From: Gracilinanus agilis
Lineage: Eukaryota
DNA: 64,000 nt
Reading direction: 5' to 3'
Assembly: GCF_016433145.1 (NCBI RefSeq)
Contig: NC_058134.1
Location: 107,961,791-108,025,790 of the forward strand
The stretch's first letter is position 1, and each line of letters starts with the position of its first letter. Positions 11,545-23,113 of this stretch are shown in pieces. The notes beneath the pieces are model-generated. The model was not told the DNA's origin. It was given only the letters and a program-made list of their open reading frames with translations, and did not search any database. Both the position numbers and the translations under genes were made by a program.

Positions 11545-11762
11545 CGACCACGCGCTTGTAAGCATTCAAAACTGCCGCCTCCATTTTGCCTCCTCTTTCC
11601 TGGCCATGGCCTACTCGCAAAAGAGACCACTCCCTCCTAACCCACGAGATTTAAGCTCTCCCCTGCGTCAAGAGGTCGGAAACGGAAATCAGTTGGACCA
11701 TGTTGGATCACGGGAAATGTAGTTTTATACATTTCCCAAATTTCACAGTTTTGATATTCTCG
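11545..11762. promoter_or_regulatory. CpG-rich housekeeping-type promoter element
   Basis: 11 CpGs in 218 bp. YY1-like gccgcctccattttg at 11574-11588, TGCGTCA at 11664-11670, tandem CGGAA at 11677-11689, inverted pair of ZNF143-type sites gggaaatgta-gtttta-tacatttccc at 11712-11737. Confidence 0.6.
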
Positions 11763-12324
11763 AATATGAACACCAAAAAAAAGGCAAGTGATTCCACAAA
11801 AAAACCACCAGATGAGTTAATTCATACAATTTCTGAAATTAAACAATAAAAATGATTAAATAATAATAATGTGTAATGGGGCTAAGAACTTTGTGATTTC
11901 ATTTCTATAAGATAAGGATAAGGAATCTATCTCTGCCTATGCAGGTCAACATCTTCATTGCAATTAGGATACTTAGAGAATTGAGAGGTTAAGGGTCACA
12001 CAACATGGATGTGTCAAATGAAACACTTGAACATAGATATCCCTTGGTCTGAGACCAGCTCTCTAACCTTTCCCCAATATTGTCCTTTGATGAAGAACAA
12101 TTAAAATATAAAGTGGAAGCTCCTGCATTGAACTCAGATGTTTACATTTCTTTAAATTTTGTACTTAATTGTATATAACCTTTTAAGTCAAAATCAGAGA
12201 CTAAGCAATATTGATTCCATTTTTTTGGTATTTCATCAGTAACCCCTTCTGTGTGACATTTATCCTTCCACTCTGTCTGACACTGTCCCTTCTCCTCTCT
12301 TTCTGGCAATTTATGTATATACTT

Positions 12325-12455
12325 CCTATAAAACACTTCTCCACTGGAGAAAGAAATGGCAGACCACTCCACTATTTTTGCCAAGAAAATCCTTTGGATA
12401 ATACGGTACATGAGATCACAAAGATGTGAACACAACTAAAAGACTGAACAACAAA
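12325..12455 (+). mobile_element. SINE/LINE fragment with BovB-type tail, MAR1-like (paralogs near 26020-26130, 34790-34900, 54440-54555)
   Basis: actggagaaagaaatggcagaccactccactatttttgccaagaaaatcc...gactgaacaacaa. Confidence 0.7.
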
Positions 12456-12679
12456 ACCTATGGAATACTAAATCTACCTCTCTGTGTATTTGACACAAAA
12501 GCCCACATTTTGAGTAAAATGATACCACATTCTCCTTAATGATTCTGGGTTCTCTCTTTAATGTATCTCTTCCACACCTTGACATAATGACTCCCCATCT
12601 CTGAACAACTCTATAGAAATAATAATTTTAACATATAGTTTAATGGTTTTCAGAGCTTAAGCACATTATTCTTTTTAAC

Positions 12680-13310
12680 TTGGAAAGATGTACACAATAT
12701 AATGAAAAGTGAAATGAGTAGAATCAAGAAAATATTGAATAAAGATACAGAATTAATATGTGCAGAAAATGTGCAAACACAGGAATAATATGAACACAAT
12801 TACAAAACACTTTTCACACAAATAAAGTCAGATCTAAATAATTGGAAAAATTCTAATGGCTCATGGGTAGGCCAAGCTAATATGATAAAAATGATAATTC
12901 TACCTAAATTAATTTACTTATTCAGTGCCATACCAATCAAACTACCAAATAATTATTTGATAGAACTAGAAAAAGTAATAACAAAATTCATCTGGAAGAA
13001 TAAAAGGTCAAAAATATCAAGAGAACTAAAGAAAAAAAGATATGAAAGAAGGTGGCCTAGTATTACCAGATCTCGAACTGTACTATATAGGAACAATTAT
13101 GAAAATAGTCTGGTACTAGCTAAGAAATAGAATGGTAGATCAACAGAGTAGATTAGACATACAATATACTGGAGTAAATGACTTTAGCAACCTAGTGTTT
13201 GATAAACCCAAAGACCTCTTGGAATAAGAACTCACTCTTTAACAAAAACTCCTGGAAAAATTGGAAAACAGTATGTCAAAAACTAGATATAGCCCAATAT
13301 CTCACACCTT
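12680..13310 (+). mobile_element. L1 ORF2 fragment ending about 360 bp upstream of copy 2
   Basis: IKMIILPKLIYLFSAIPIKLP..YLIELEKVITKFIWKNKR matches L1 ORF2. Confidence 0.9.
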
Positions 13311-13380
13311 TTGACTTTCATACACAACACTTTCTTCCATTTGATTCTGTCCCCTCCCTTCTCTATGTCACACTGCACCA

Positions 13381-13388
13381 ATTTGCAT
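13381..13388. promoter_or_regulatory. octamer motif ATTTGCAT, -293 from the copy 2 ATG
   Basis: Exact octamer at the conserved position. Confidence 0.55.
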
Positions 13389-13673
13389 CTCAGTAAAATG
13401 CTGCTCAGTCTTTTCTCTTATTAACTCAATGTAGGATCTGGATACCAGAAACACCAGTAGACTTTCTTGGGGAAAATCAGGATAGTTGCTGTTGGGTTAG
13501 CTTCAAGGATTTGGTGGCTCTTACTGGACAGTGACAGAAACCTTCCCAAGGCCAAGAAGAGAAAATCACTACCATAGTAGAACAGCTAGTATTTCTGTCT
13601 TCCTGACAGCTTTCAGAGAATTTATAGAAAAGCAAAGAGAACTAGAGTGAGAGTTTTCTGTCTGTCCACAGAC

Positions 13674-14624
13674 ATGTCAAGTTTACAGGTAATGGTTGTA
13701 TGTGTAATCTCCACTGAGTTCTTTCTGGGAACTTGTTTAAATGGCTTCATTGTGTTGCTGCACTGTATCATTTGGGCCAAGACCAGGAAAATTGCTTTGT
13801 CTGACTTCATCATTCTGAATCTGGCTCTCTCCAGGATCATCCTACTTGGGATAATAATGTTTGATATTATTTTATCCGCATTCTATCCCCATTTACATAA
13901 TGCAGGTATATTGATGCAAATTATTGATATTTTCTGGATGTTTACCAACAACTTAATCATCTGCCTGACCACCTGCCTCAATGTCCTCTACTGCCTGAAA
14001 ATTGCCAACTTCTCCCATCAAGCCTTCCTCTGGCTCAAATGGAGGGTTTCTCATGTGATTTGGGGCATTTTTCGGGGCTCTGGGCTCTATTCCTTCTTCA
14101 GCACACTGGCACTGATTCTGAAATTCAGTGATTATTCTGACCTCAATCAAGTGAAACTCTCAGGAAATGTCAGTGAAGAAGTCAAGAAAAAGTTAACTAA
14201 TTATTACATCTTACATTTTTTGGGTCTCCTCTGGTCAGTTATTCCTCTCTGTGTGTCTCTGCTCTCCTCTGTCCTGCTCTTTCTCTCCCTGGGCAGACAT
14301 TCCAGGCAGATGAAGCATCATACCAGGGGCACCAGGGACCTGAGCACCATGGCCCATGTAAGAGCCACCAAAGCCATTCTCTCTTCTTTCATACTCTTCA
14401 TTGGATACTTCCTAAACTTATTTCTTGTCATGTCTAATCATTTCTTTCCAAAACCCATTCTGGCAGTGATGACTTGGGGACTGTTTTTTACTGCTTATCC
14501 CTCTATTCAAACCTTCGTTCTAATCCTGGAGAACCAGAAGCTAAAACAAGCATTCCTCAGGATGTTCCAGGTCAAAAAATGGAGGCTGAAATGTAGGTCT
14601 AGGGAACTTTCATCCAAACCTTGA
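13674..14624 (+). CDS. TAS2R3: Bitter taste receptor, TAS2R3-like copy 2 (316 aa, longer C-tail)
   Basis: First ATG at 13674 (the ORF track starts at an upstream GTG). HNAGILMQIIDIFWMFTNN, VLYCLKIANFSHQAFLWLKWRVS and LSLGRHSRQM closely resemble human TAS2R3 as I recall it. Sequon NVS. Confidence 0.92.
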   Translation: MSSLQVMVVCVISTEFFLGTCLNGFIVLLHCIIWAKTRKIALSDFIILNLALSRIILLGIIMFDIILSAFYPHLHNAGILMQIIDIFWMFTNNLIICLTTCLNVLYCLKIANFSHQAFLWLKWRVSHVIWGIFRGSGLYSFFSTLALILKFSDYSDLNQVKLSGNVSEEVKKKLTNYYILHFLGLLWSVIPLCVSLLSSVLLFLSLGRHSRQMKHHTRGTRDLSTMAHVRATKAILSSFILFIGYFLNLFLVMSNHFFPKPILAVMTWGLFFTAYPSIQTFVLILENQKLKQAFLRMFQVKKWRLKCRSRELSSKP

Positions 14625-15196
14625 GAAAAGAACTGCACTGTCTTTCAAATTGTCTCACAACTGAATTCTTTCATCATTTTCCTCCTCTTTCTCTTCCCTT
14701 CCCAAAACACCACCTTATGCTTGGAAAAAATTAAGGAAGTACTTTGATATAATGGCAACAGCCCTGGAATTGGATCCAAAAGACTTAGATTACTAAATCT
14801 GCTCACCTTTGAGACCCTAGAAAAGATATTTCACTCCTCTCAGCCTTCATTCCCTCATCCACAGAATAGCTGTCTTGGATGAGGTTTTCTCTAAGGCTGC
14901 TCACAAATTTAAATTGATTATTGTAACCACAATAAGAAAGCTATAAATGATTTGCCAACACCCAACTCTCTCTTTGTCCTTCTTCAGTCCCATTGCCTTT
15001 ATATGCAAAAGTGAATCTCTAGAGGGAAGATGAATTCTAATAGATGAATCTGTGAGCATGAAAAGGATAAAATTCAACAAAAAGGAATCTCTGATCCTGC
15101 ACAAAGGCAAGTGGCAAGCTTCTGATTCCCAAATTTCATTATCCCCAGACTAAAATGAGAGACTTGTCACCCCCAGTCACACTAAGAACAATGCTC

Positions 15197-15384
15197 TTTT
15201 TTTTTAACCCTTAACTTCTGTGTATTGGCTCCTTGGTGGAAGAGTGGCAAGGGTGGGCAATGGGGGTCAAGTGACTTGCCCAGGGTCACACAGCTGGGAC
15301 ATGTCTGAGGGCAGATTTGAACCCAGGACTGGACCTCCTATCTCTAGGCCTGACTCTCAATCCACTGAGCTACCCAGCTGCCCC
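15197..15384 (-). mobile_element. near full-length SINE1_Mdo-like SINE
   Basis: Ends ...ccactgagctacccagctgcccc. TSD taagaacaat(g/a)ctct at 15183-15197 and 15385-15399. Confidence 0.9.
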
Positions 15385-17077
15385 TAAGAACAATACTCTT
15401 GATGTCCTCCTATTTCTTCAGTAGCACCATAGTCAACAAGATAAAGCAACAAATTCAATAATAGCTGAGAAAGGACATGAGGATTCAACTACTAGAAACA
15501 AAACAGAAACACGCCTGAGAGCCAAGCTATGCAAAAGAGTTCACAGTTGAAAACAACCCAGCAATGATATCATTTGAGAGAGTATGGAACAGCAGCTTGT
15601 CTCATCTAAGATTCAAATGTAAAAGAGGATTGTCACACTATGATTTGAATATTCAGTGTGGGATTTTTTGGAATGTGGTGTCACTATAATGTTTATAGAT
15701 ATCTCTCTGGTTCTTCCTGCTCTTAAATGAATTTAAGTAATATTTTTTGCATACATTTAGAATCATTGAGGCTTTTCACTAGTCAAAATATAGCACCAAA
15801 GCATTCAGGGTTTGCTGCTAATAACTATGTATAATTGTTATTTATGATGAGCAATGATTTTGAATGGATGGATGACTCAGAGATTATCTCAAATTATCTC
15901 AAATCTGCAATAGCTTTCTGCAGGCTCACTCTTAGTGGAACTCTGGATATTACATGTACAACAATCACAAGTTCTTTGTGTATTGTTGTATACTGTACCT
16001 ATAAAACTCTGACAACAGCAATTCCTTTCATAGCATCCAGTTCATGGTTTCCATAATTCTTTCTTAAGATGCATATCAGGATATATTTGCATCCTAAATT
16101 TTGTAGCTACAAGTGCTGTTTTCTCTTACTCTGAAGAATAACAATTTAATAAATATAGCTTGCTACAGTAAATATACCAATAGTCAAACACATAATAATA
16201 CCGTAAAGCCTTTATTTATCCTGAGGATCTTTGTGTATTGGAAAGTTATTCCCCATCTACTATAGAATCATAGAAAGCATTCATTTGTAGAATCCCCCCC
16301 CCCCCAGAGGAAAACTCTTAAACACCACATTAAGGCATTTGATACTCACTCTGAGAGAATGAACAAACACCATTTTACTAACTTTTTTACTTGCCAAGAA
16401 AGTTTAGAAACTCAACTCCCTAGAACATGTATGCCCATATCTATGGGTTAGTATCCTGTTAAGTGTTCATTGTATCTGTATTTCTTTTGTTTTCACTCCT
16501 AAAACTTTCTGAGCTTTCCTCCTTTCTCCCTCAATAAAAACTTCTTAGATAAATGTCTGTCTGGGCCTAAATGCACTTATAGCACCTGACTTGTGGAAGA
16601 GACCCTTTATATCCTCTGTTTTAGCTAACTGAACAAATCAGGAAACATTACAAACTCATACGTTTATTCCTCTCAACTAATTACTGAGTTCAAAGATGCA
16701 AATTCTTACATTTCAGGAAGAAGAAGCAGATAACAGTTATCTCATCCTGAAACCCTAGAAAAGAAGGAACATTTCTAATACTTTAGAGATAAGATTTAGC
16801 CTATAAAAATGGAAAGATGAGAAACTATCTTTGGAATTACTGTATCATCACTCCAGTAAGGGAACTGGCATACTATTATCCTTCTCTGAGCACATATTTG
16901 TCAGTCTGCAGAATCCCACTCTCATCTCCAGAATACAGCAGAATATCCTTTAACAAATCTCTAGCACATCCTTCTCTTTTATGTGGATGCTGAGTGATCA
17001 CATAAACAATATTCAAAGAGGTATTTGCCCCCAAAAGGAATTGAAATGGGTAAGAGAAACTTATAGATTCTTTTTCT

Positions 17078-17840
17078 TATCTTATTAGGACTTAATTTTT
17101 CCCAATTACATGTAAACAAGAATTTCAACCTTTATTTTTAAAACTTTTGAACCCCAAACTGTCTCCCTCCTTCTGTTCCTTCACTCCTCATTGAATGAAG
17201 GCAAGCAATTTGATATAGGGTATGCATATAGTCAGGCAAAGTATATTTTCATATTATTCTTGTTGTAAAAAAAACCCACAACCTTTCCTCACAAAAAAGA
17301 AAATAAAGTTTTAAAATAGTATGTTTTGGAAAGCACTGAGACTCCAACAGTTCTTTCTCTGGAAGTGGATAGGATTGTTCATCATGAGTCCTTCGGAATG
17401 GTCTTGGATCATTGTTTGGCTGAGAATACCTATCCATCCACAGTTAATCAGTGTACAATATTGCAATTTCTGTTTTCTATGGTTACCTGGAACTACTCAT
17501 TTCACTTTGTACCAATTCATGAGTCTTTCCAGGTTTTTCTGGGAGCATCCATTTTTTATAGCTCAATAATATTCCATCACATTCATATAACACAACTTGT
17601 TCAGTCATTCTCCAATTGATTGATATTCCTTCCATTTCTAATTCTTTCTACCACAAAAAGAGGTATTATGAATATTAATATATATTTCTTTTGTGTGTTT
17701 TTGTATCTCTTTGGAACAAACTTAGTGGTATAACTGAGTCAAAGAGAATGCACACTTTTAAAGATCTCTGGGCATTGTTCCAAATTGCTCTCCAGATTAG
17801 TTGGATCAGTTCACAATTCTAAAAACAATGCTTTAGGGTT
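17078..17840 (-). mobile_element. L1 3' end, reverse; shared by units 2, 3 and 4
   Basis: ttcccaattacatgtaa...gcaatttgatatagg...ttcagtcattctccaattgat. Homologous at 32470-33166 and 49225-49998. Confidence 0.8.
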
Positions 17841-18855
17841 TCAAACATATAGCTAGCTTTCCTTTCTTTTAAAGGTATATAATAAATTCAACACATAACC
17901 TTCAAAACTTCATTGCTTATCTTTTTCCTTCTGAACTTCCTTCACTTCTCTTCAATGCAATGTTTAAATATGAAACTAATAAATGAAATAAAAAAGAAAA
18001 TGAAATCTACTAAAATAATGGGCAAAAGCAGGAATAACTAGAGCATCTACTCAATAGAAGCAAATTGTAGGACTAATAAAAATAGTACAGTTCACCCATG
18101 AACTTCTGATCTGTTGGAGAGCATGTGAACACAGATATAAACCAAGCAGAGAGGTGAATGAGTAGGGAAATCCCTATATCTGAAGTCACATCTGATCCTA
18201 AATAACAAGCCTTCTTGTCCTCTGTATGTTTAGAGAACCTGTATCATTCCAAAAAATATCCCCTGTGAATAAGGGGTCAATCATCCTCACAAACTGATAT
18301 TCAAATAACACCTTGGAATTACACAAGCCAACCTAAAAGAATCACCATAAGCTCTGAGAGGCAAGAGAAAATATGTGCCAGAAGAATTAAACCATCCAAC
18401 ATTTCCTCTCATACCTAGATGGAAACTATCTAAGACTGTGAATACTGAAGCCTTGAGAATAGCAGTATCTCCATGAACCCTGGAATTACCTTTCATCTCA
18501 GATCTTACTTTTCTTAAAAGCAACAACACACATTGCTGATCAACTGCTACCAAATAGCAGTTAAGATCAAGAGTCTCAGAAATGGCAGCAACCCTCCTTT
18601 CCCCAAAAAATTACTAATCCTACTTCCAGTCCAAACCCCAAAACTGCTATCCCAGGAAGCACCTACTTTGAAGATGACGCCTGGAAACTATAGCTAAAGA
18701 TGCCATAGCTACAATCTATGAAATACTCAAAAAAGAAATTTCCAGCCACCAATACCTTGACTGTAAAATGACATTAAAGACACAGGATTACCAACTACTT
18801 TGCTGCTGTGCCCTAAGGGCTATGGTACCTTTATAAAATCTCTAATTTAAAAATC

Positions 18856-19378
18856 TTGCTTCTTGGAAGGAAAGCTATAGTAAATCCAAACAGCATACTA
18901 AAAAGCAGAGACATCCTGTTGTTGACAAAGGTCCAGATAGTCAAACCTAAAGCTTTTCCAGTATGTATTGTTGTAGGAGTTGGACTATGAGGAAAGCCGA
19001 GAACTACAAAGACAATGTTTTTGAGTTGTGGTGCTGGAGAAGACAGTTGTGAATCCTTTATAATGCAAGAAGATCAAACAAGTCAATACTCAAAGAAAAT
19101 AATTCAGACTACTCTCTGAAAGGTCAAATACAGAAGCTGAAACTTAAATACTTTAGCCACATAATGAGAACACAGGATTCTGGAAAAGACTCTGAGCTTG
19201 AGAGACATTGAAGGCAAAATGAAAAGAGGATGGTAGAACATGAGATGGATACATGGAGTCATGGAAACAATGAACATGTATTGGACAGACTTTGAGAGAT
19301 AGTGTAGATAGAAGGGCCTGGTTGCATGGCCCAAGGAGTCATAAAGAGTTGAATATATTTGAATTAGTGAACAATAAC
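18856..19378 (+). mobile_element. BovB-like RTE 3' fragment
   Basis: ggaaggaaagctatagtaaatccaaacagcatactaaaaagcagagacatc (GRKA..N..SILKSRDI) through gagttgtggtgctggagaagac to the RTE tail. Confidence 0.9.
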
Positions 19379-21374
19379 CATAGGAGTCTCATAATGGATA
19401 GTAAAAATTCAAAGTTCAAAACACACATTAATTCAAAAGTTATTTGTAAATAGATTTCTGCTTCACTTTAATTTCTGAAACACCCAAGTATCCAATTAGA
19501 TTTTCTAATAAAACTGATTTACCTATTATTTTAAAACTTTTGTCTTTCCCATGAATCGGGAAAGAGTTAACACAAAATATAAAGTAATTTTTATTTTACT
19601 TCACTGTCACTCCTTAGAACTTCTCTCTAATTAGAAAAATAACCTTCTGTTTTTGCCTGCAAAAGAATGATTCTGAGGCATGGGAAATGCTCTCAATTCC
19701 TTTAAAACAAATTCTAATGCATGTTAAAACCAAAACTGACTAGAATATTTAAGCATTTCATAAAAACCCATTTAAACCATGATTTGTAAATTCACAAGAG
19801 TGATCTTTCATTTTAGACACAAACTCAGTTTCTAAATAGTTTATGATGAGAAAACATGTAATCTAAGGGAAAAGATTCTCTTATTTCTTATCTATCTTTC
19901 CCTCCTCACTATCTAAAACTGACTCATATTTTGGAATGTAAGAAGGAGAGATTTGTGGTTAAAGCTTAAAGAATTTTTTTTTAATTTTCCATCTAGGTTA
20001 CATGAACACATGATTCTAAAAACAACCACAATAAAATGACATAGGCAGATCACGTACAGGCCCAGTTATAAACATACAGCCGTGAGTACCAATATTTCTT
20101 TACTGCTGAGGCTATAGTTACCAACCTTAATTACCTCCCCCATTAAAAGAAAGCATTTGCTGGTTCATTTTAACTCATTAACAATCTTTACATATTGCCT
20201 TATATAATCTACTACTGCACACCTTCCTCTCTCAAACACATACTAAACAAAGTTGCTCTATAATTTTTTATCTTCCTAAAGACCTTGCTGACTAGAGAAC
20301 AATGTTGTAGTATGTCACTAAGCCCCTAAGTCCAATTTGAAGCAAGAAATGGACTGAAAACAAGACACCATTCCAGGTGAAAATATATCATTTCTTCAAC
20401 CCTACTTCCCAACAAAAAAAAATTTGGAGAGCATCACACAGGAGCAAATCAAAGTATACGTGGTTAGGAAAACAGGACTTTCTTCTTTGGAACTTCAGAA
20501 AATGTCAAATGGCAAGCTCTTCCTCTACCATCCAAAAAAAAAAAGAAATGAAGGTCTTCATTGGAGATTAAAAACACATTTTATATCTCAGTGAATATCT
20601 TTCAATCCTGGGAAGAGAGATCTTTGAAGGATGAATTACTTTCAAAATATGTCCCTGGAAAAGTAGCAGCTTTTAAATATTGCCAATTATTTACAAATCT
20701 TATAACTTATAAACATATAAACTAGTACACAAAACAAATACAAAAGAGTACATACAAAATTATTCACTCACCTGCTTTCACTTGAAGAAAAAATGATTGG
20801 AGAGAGCCAAACTACAGCAATAGAATCCCTAATAGAATATCTCCATTTGTGCAAAATTATAACACTTGAGCCCTATAGAATAGGGGAGGTCTTGATAAAG
20901 ATCTGGACTGTAGCACTTCTTTTCCTGACTTCTATCTTGATCTATCACTTTTAAAATCTAACAAAAAGAAATCCTGTGGCAAATCCCTGAGCAAAATAAC
21001 ATTTATTTCATTATTGAGTCAAGCTCAATGTCAATAAATGGGTCAGAGGCTTGCTCCCATTTATGCCAAAGACCCCAACCAAAACAATAATTCTCCTGTT
21101 TTATGTTTTGAGAAGTAAAGAACAAAAAACAGGACTGGGTAGATAATATCAAGGGATTAAAGGTAGCATGACTGCTTACAAAGCTAAAGTATAACTAACA
21201 TTATTGGTTGGAAGTCTGATAATCTGCTAGCTATGATCCTACCTTCACTTCTTCTCTCATAAAAATGAGAAGTACTCAATACTTGAGTGCAAGTGTGAGA
21301 TAGTGGTCTAGACTTGAGGTCAGCAATCCAGAGATCCTTGACCAGTAGCTGCTTGTATAAATATGCAAGGCCCA

Positions 21375-21572
21375 GAAGTGGCAAAATAGCTCAATGGATT
21401 GAGAGCCAAGCTTGGAGATGAGAGGTTCTGGCATCAAATCTAACTACACAGTTCTTATCTTTGTGATCCTGGGAAAGTCACTTAACTCTCACTGCCTAGC
21501 CCTTCCCACTCTTCTGTCTTGAAACCAAAACACAGAATTGATTCTAAGACAGAAGGTAAGGGTTGAAAAAAA
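21375..21572 (+). mobile_element. older SINE1_Mdo-like SINE (paralog 53302-53500)
   Basis: agctcaatggattgagagcc...gggaaagtcacttaac...gaaggtaagggttgaaaaaa. Confidence 0.75.
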
Positions 21573-21792
21573 TATATGAGGCCCTTTGGGTTCACCTCCT
21601 CCCTGAGATGAGCTAAATTCCTTGCAGCAAGAACAAATCAGTGACTAACAAGAGAGATGGATTTCTAAAATTAACCCATTATAAGCCATCTGAATTCTGA
21701 ACTAAGTTCAGAGACAAGGAACTAAGATTTAAACAATTATAAGATAAAAGCAGCTAAATGACAAAATCAATTACTTGTAAAAAGAATCAACA

Positions 21793-22712
21793 GATCTCCT
21801 AAGCAAATTGGCTGCCACCATCCAATGTCAACCAGATGGACAAATTTATCTCCACCTACCCAAGAGATCTCTAAAACACCATTCCATTTCATTTTTAGAC
21901 CCATGTAGTGAGGAACCATTATACCAATCAACTGACAACATCTATAAGATTCCTGATGATATTCCTGATTACGTGTGGGCTAAAAATTCAAATGAGGTGG
22001 ACAGAATTTTATCAGCAGAATCAGTAAAAAATAGAGGTAAAAGAAGGTTTACCTCCAAGAATTCCTCAGTTCAGACTTAACTAAGAGGCGATAGAGGGAG
22101 TGAAACCCATCATAGAGAGATTATTAAAGCAGAGTATATTAAAATATGGCTTTTCACAATATAATACACCAATCATGCCAGTAAAGAAAGCCAAATTATC
22201 TCCTGATGGGAAGACTCAATGGCGTTTAGTACAAGATCTCAGAGCAATAAACAACCATGTGCAAAAGACCTATGCCATGGTACCAAGTCCATCACAAATC
22301 ATAGAAGCAATACCACCTGAAGCTGCTTGGTTTACTGTTCTGGACATGAGCTCTGTGTACTTCTCTGTTCCCCTGCACAGAGACAGCCAGAAGCTGTTTG
22401 CTTTCACATGGGAAGGCAAATCCATCCAATGGACCCATTTGCTCCAGGGTTTTTCAGATTCAGCTTTGGTCTACTGTCAAATCCTACAAAGAGACCTTGA
22501 GTTGATCACTTTCCAAAACAGCAAAATGGTACATTATGTTGATGACATCCTGCTAATGCCACCATCTGCTGAAGTCTGTTATAAAGATAGTGTACACTTA
22601 ATAAAAGAGCTAGGCAAAAGGGGCCATAAAATTTCAAAATAAAACTTCAATTTGTGAAAACCAAAAAAAAAAAAAAGAAAGAAAAAAGAAAGAAAAAAAA
22701 GTAGATTATTTA
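21793..22712 (+). pseudogene. pol: ERV pol fragment (protease end and reverse transcriptase N-terminal half), disrupted
   Basis: NTPIMPVKK, WRLVQDLRAIN, FTVLD, FAFTWEG, LLQGFSDS, YVDD. Frameshift near 22030, stops at 22082 and 22640, A-tract expansion 22663-22700, then VDYL. Confidence 0.92.
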
Positions 22713-22714
22713 GA

Positions 22715-23113
22715 ATTGATCCTTGGTTCCATGTCACTCATGTCAAGCCAGCAAAAGACATGTCCCAACAACAACCACGAGACCCAGTTATTATACAGCA
22801 CAAAGATCAACTAGCACCAACCAATCAGTCAAATATAGCCTCAGAAAGTCCACAATCTATACATGAGATCACAGAACCAGAGCAGCAATCAGAACTACAA
22901 TCAGAGCATGAATCAGAACCAGAATTAGACCAAGAATCAGTTAACAATCAGATAGTACACCAAATTTTCTACCCAAATGATTATCCCAATCCCAATTACC
23001 ACTTAGAAGAATCATCCGTATACAATTATGACAATGAAAAAGAATCAGCGACAGAAGACACAACATTTGATTTGCAATCAATCAAAGACCTAGAAAATGA
23101 TATTGATGAATAA
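22715..23113 (+). pseudogene. ERV integrase C-terminus with a long acidic extension
   Basis: IDPWFHVTHVKPAK (retroviral IN W.H.SHVK motif) is in frame with ORF 22760-23113. Confidence 0.7.
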
